From contig CAZDOL010000006.1 of the NCBI GenBank assembly GCA_964507075.1, forward strand, positions 6,511 to 38,510: DNA of 32,000 bases, in the 5' to 3' direction. The position numbers and the translations under genes are program-made. This stretch comes from an uncultured Gammaproteobacteria bacterium (GTDB taxonomy: Bacteria > Patescibacteriota > Patescibacteriia > UBA2591 > UBA6264). Under the pieces are notes generated by a model. That model saw nothing but the letters and a program-made list of their open reading frames with translations, was not told the origin of the DNA and made no database searches. This document shows, piece after piece, positions 31,946-32,000 of this stretch (positions are counted from its first letter, which is position 1; every line of letters begins with the position of its first letter).

Positions 31946-32000
31946 CTATAAAACTTCAGGAGCTAAAGATATAATTTTCATAAAACCTTTTTGCCGTAAT
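31946..32000 (-). CDS. rplN: 50S ribosomal protein L14, 3' end only (cut by the window edge)
   Basis: Not in the ORF track because it is too short. The - strand translation of 31999..31946 is LRQKGFMKIISLAPEVL plus a stop, which is the conserved L14 C-terminus. It sits in the expected position upstream of rplX. Confidence 0.8.
   Translation of the reverse strand, partial: LRQKGFMKIISLAPEVL

Noticed and set aside
1-32000. Possible alternative genetic code (UGA recoded, as in some CPR lineages).
   Set aside because: All conserved genes are intact under the standard code. TGA terminates rpoB, ruvX, adk and rpsE at positions consistent with family lengths.

Overview
AT-rich bacterial fragment (roughly one third G+C by eye), read with the standard genetic code; TGA acts as a stop in rpoB, ruvX, adk and rpsE. 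Two blocks meet convergently at about 5.74-5.81 kb. The left block (1-5738, all + strand) looks accessory. It holds an AbiEi/AbiEii type IV toxin-antitoxin pair, a Nudix hydrolase, a DUF4143-type AAA ATPase preceded by a 2 x 28-bp direct repeat, a DUF218/YdcF protein, two translationally coupled small unknown proteins, and an orphan Wzz-like protein. The right block (5815-32000, all - strand) is housekeeping: recA, rodZ-like, ftsK, rpoC, rpoB, a MurE-like ligase, a small hypothetical, scpB, scpA, a short-form alaS, a soluble TraD/VirD4-like ATPase with a C-terminal zinc ribbon, an MraY/WecA-family transferase, ruvX, map, adk, secY, rplO, rpsE, rplR, rplF, rpsH, rpsN, rplE, rplX and the 3' end of rplN. 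rpsE overlaps rplO directly, so there is no L30 gene. Together with the compact AT-rich gene set, this fits a Candidate Phyla Radiation (Patescibacteria)-type genome. I saw no rRNA, tRNA, CRISPR array or transposase. Three non-coding signals stand out. (1) Eleven short-period (7-, 8- and 16-nt) tandem arrays fill eight spacers of the housekeeping block, and several sequence families recur at unlinked loci, including inside the spc ribosomal operon. (2) A collinear element of about 129 bp, containing a 37-nt identical block, occurs twice as a direct repeat bracketing the ATPase-alaS gene pair. (3) A GC-rich near-palindrome, GGGACAGTCCCC, recurs only in intergenic hairpins. All protein calls rest on recognising motifs in the supplied translations; no database search was possible.
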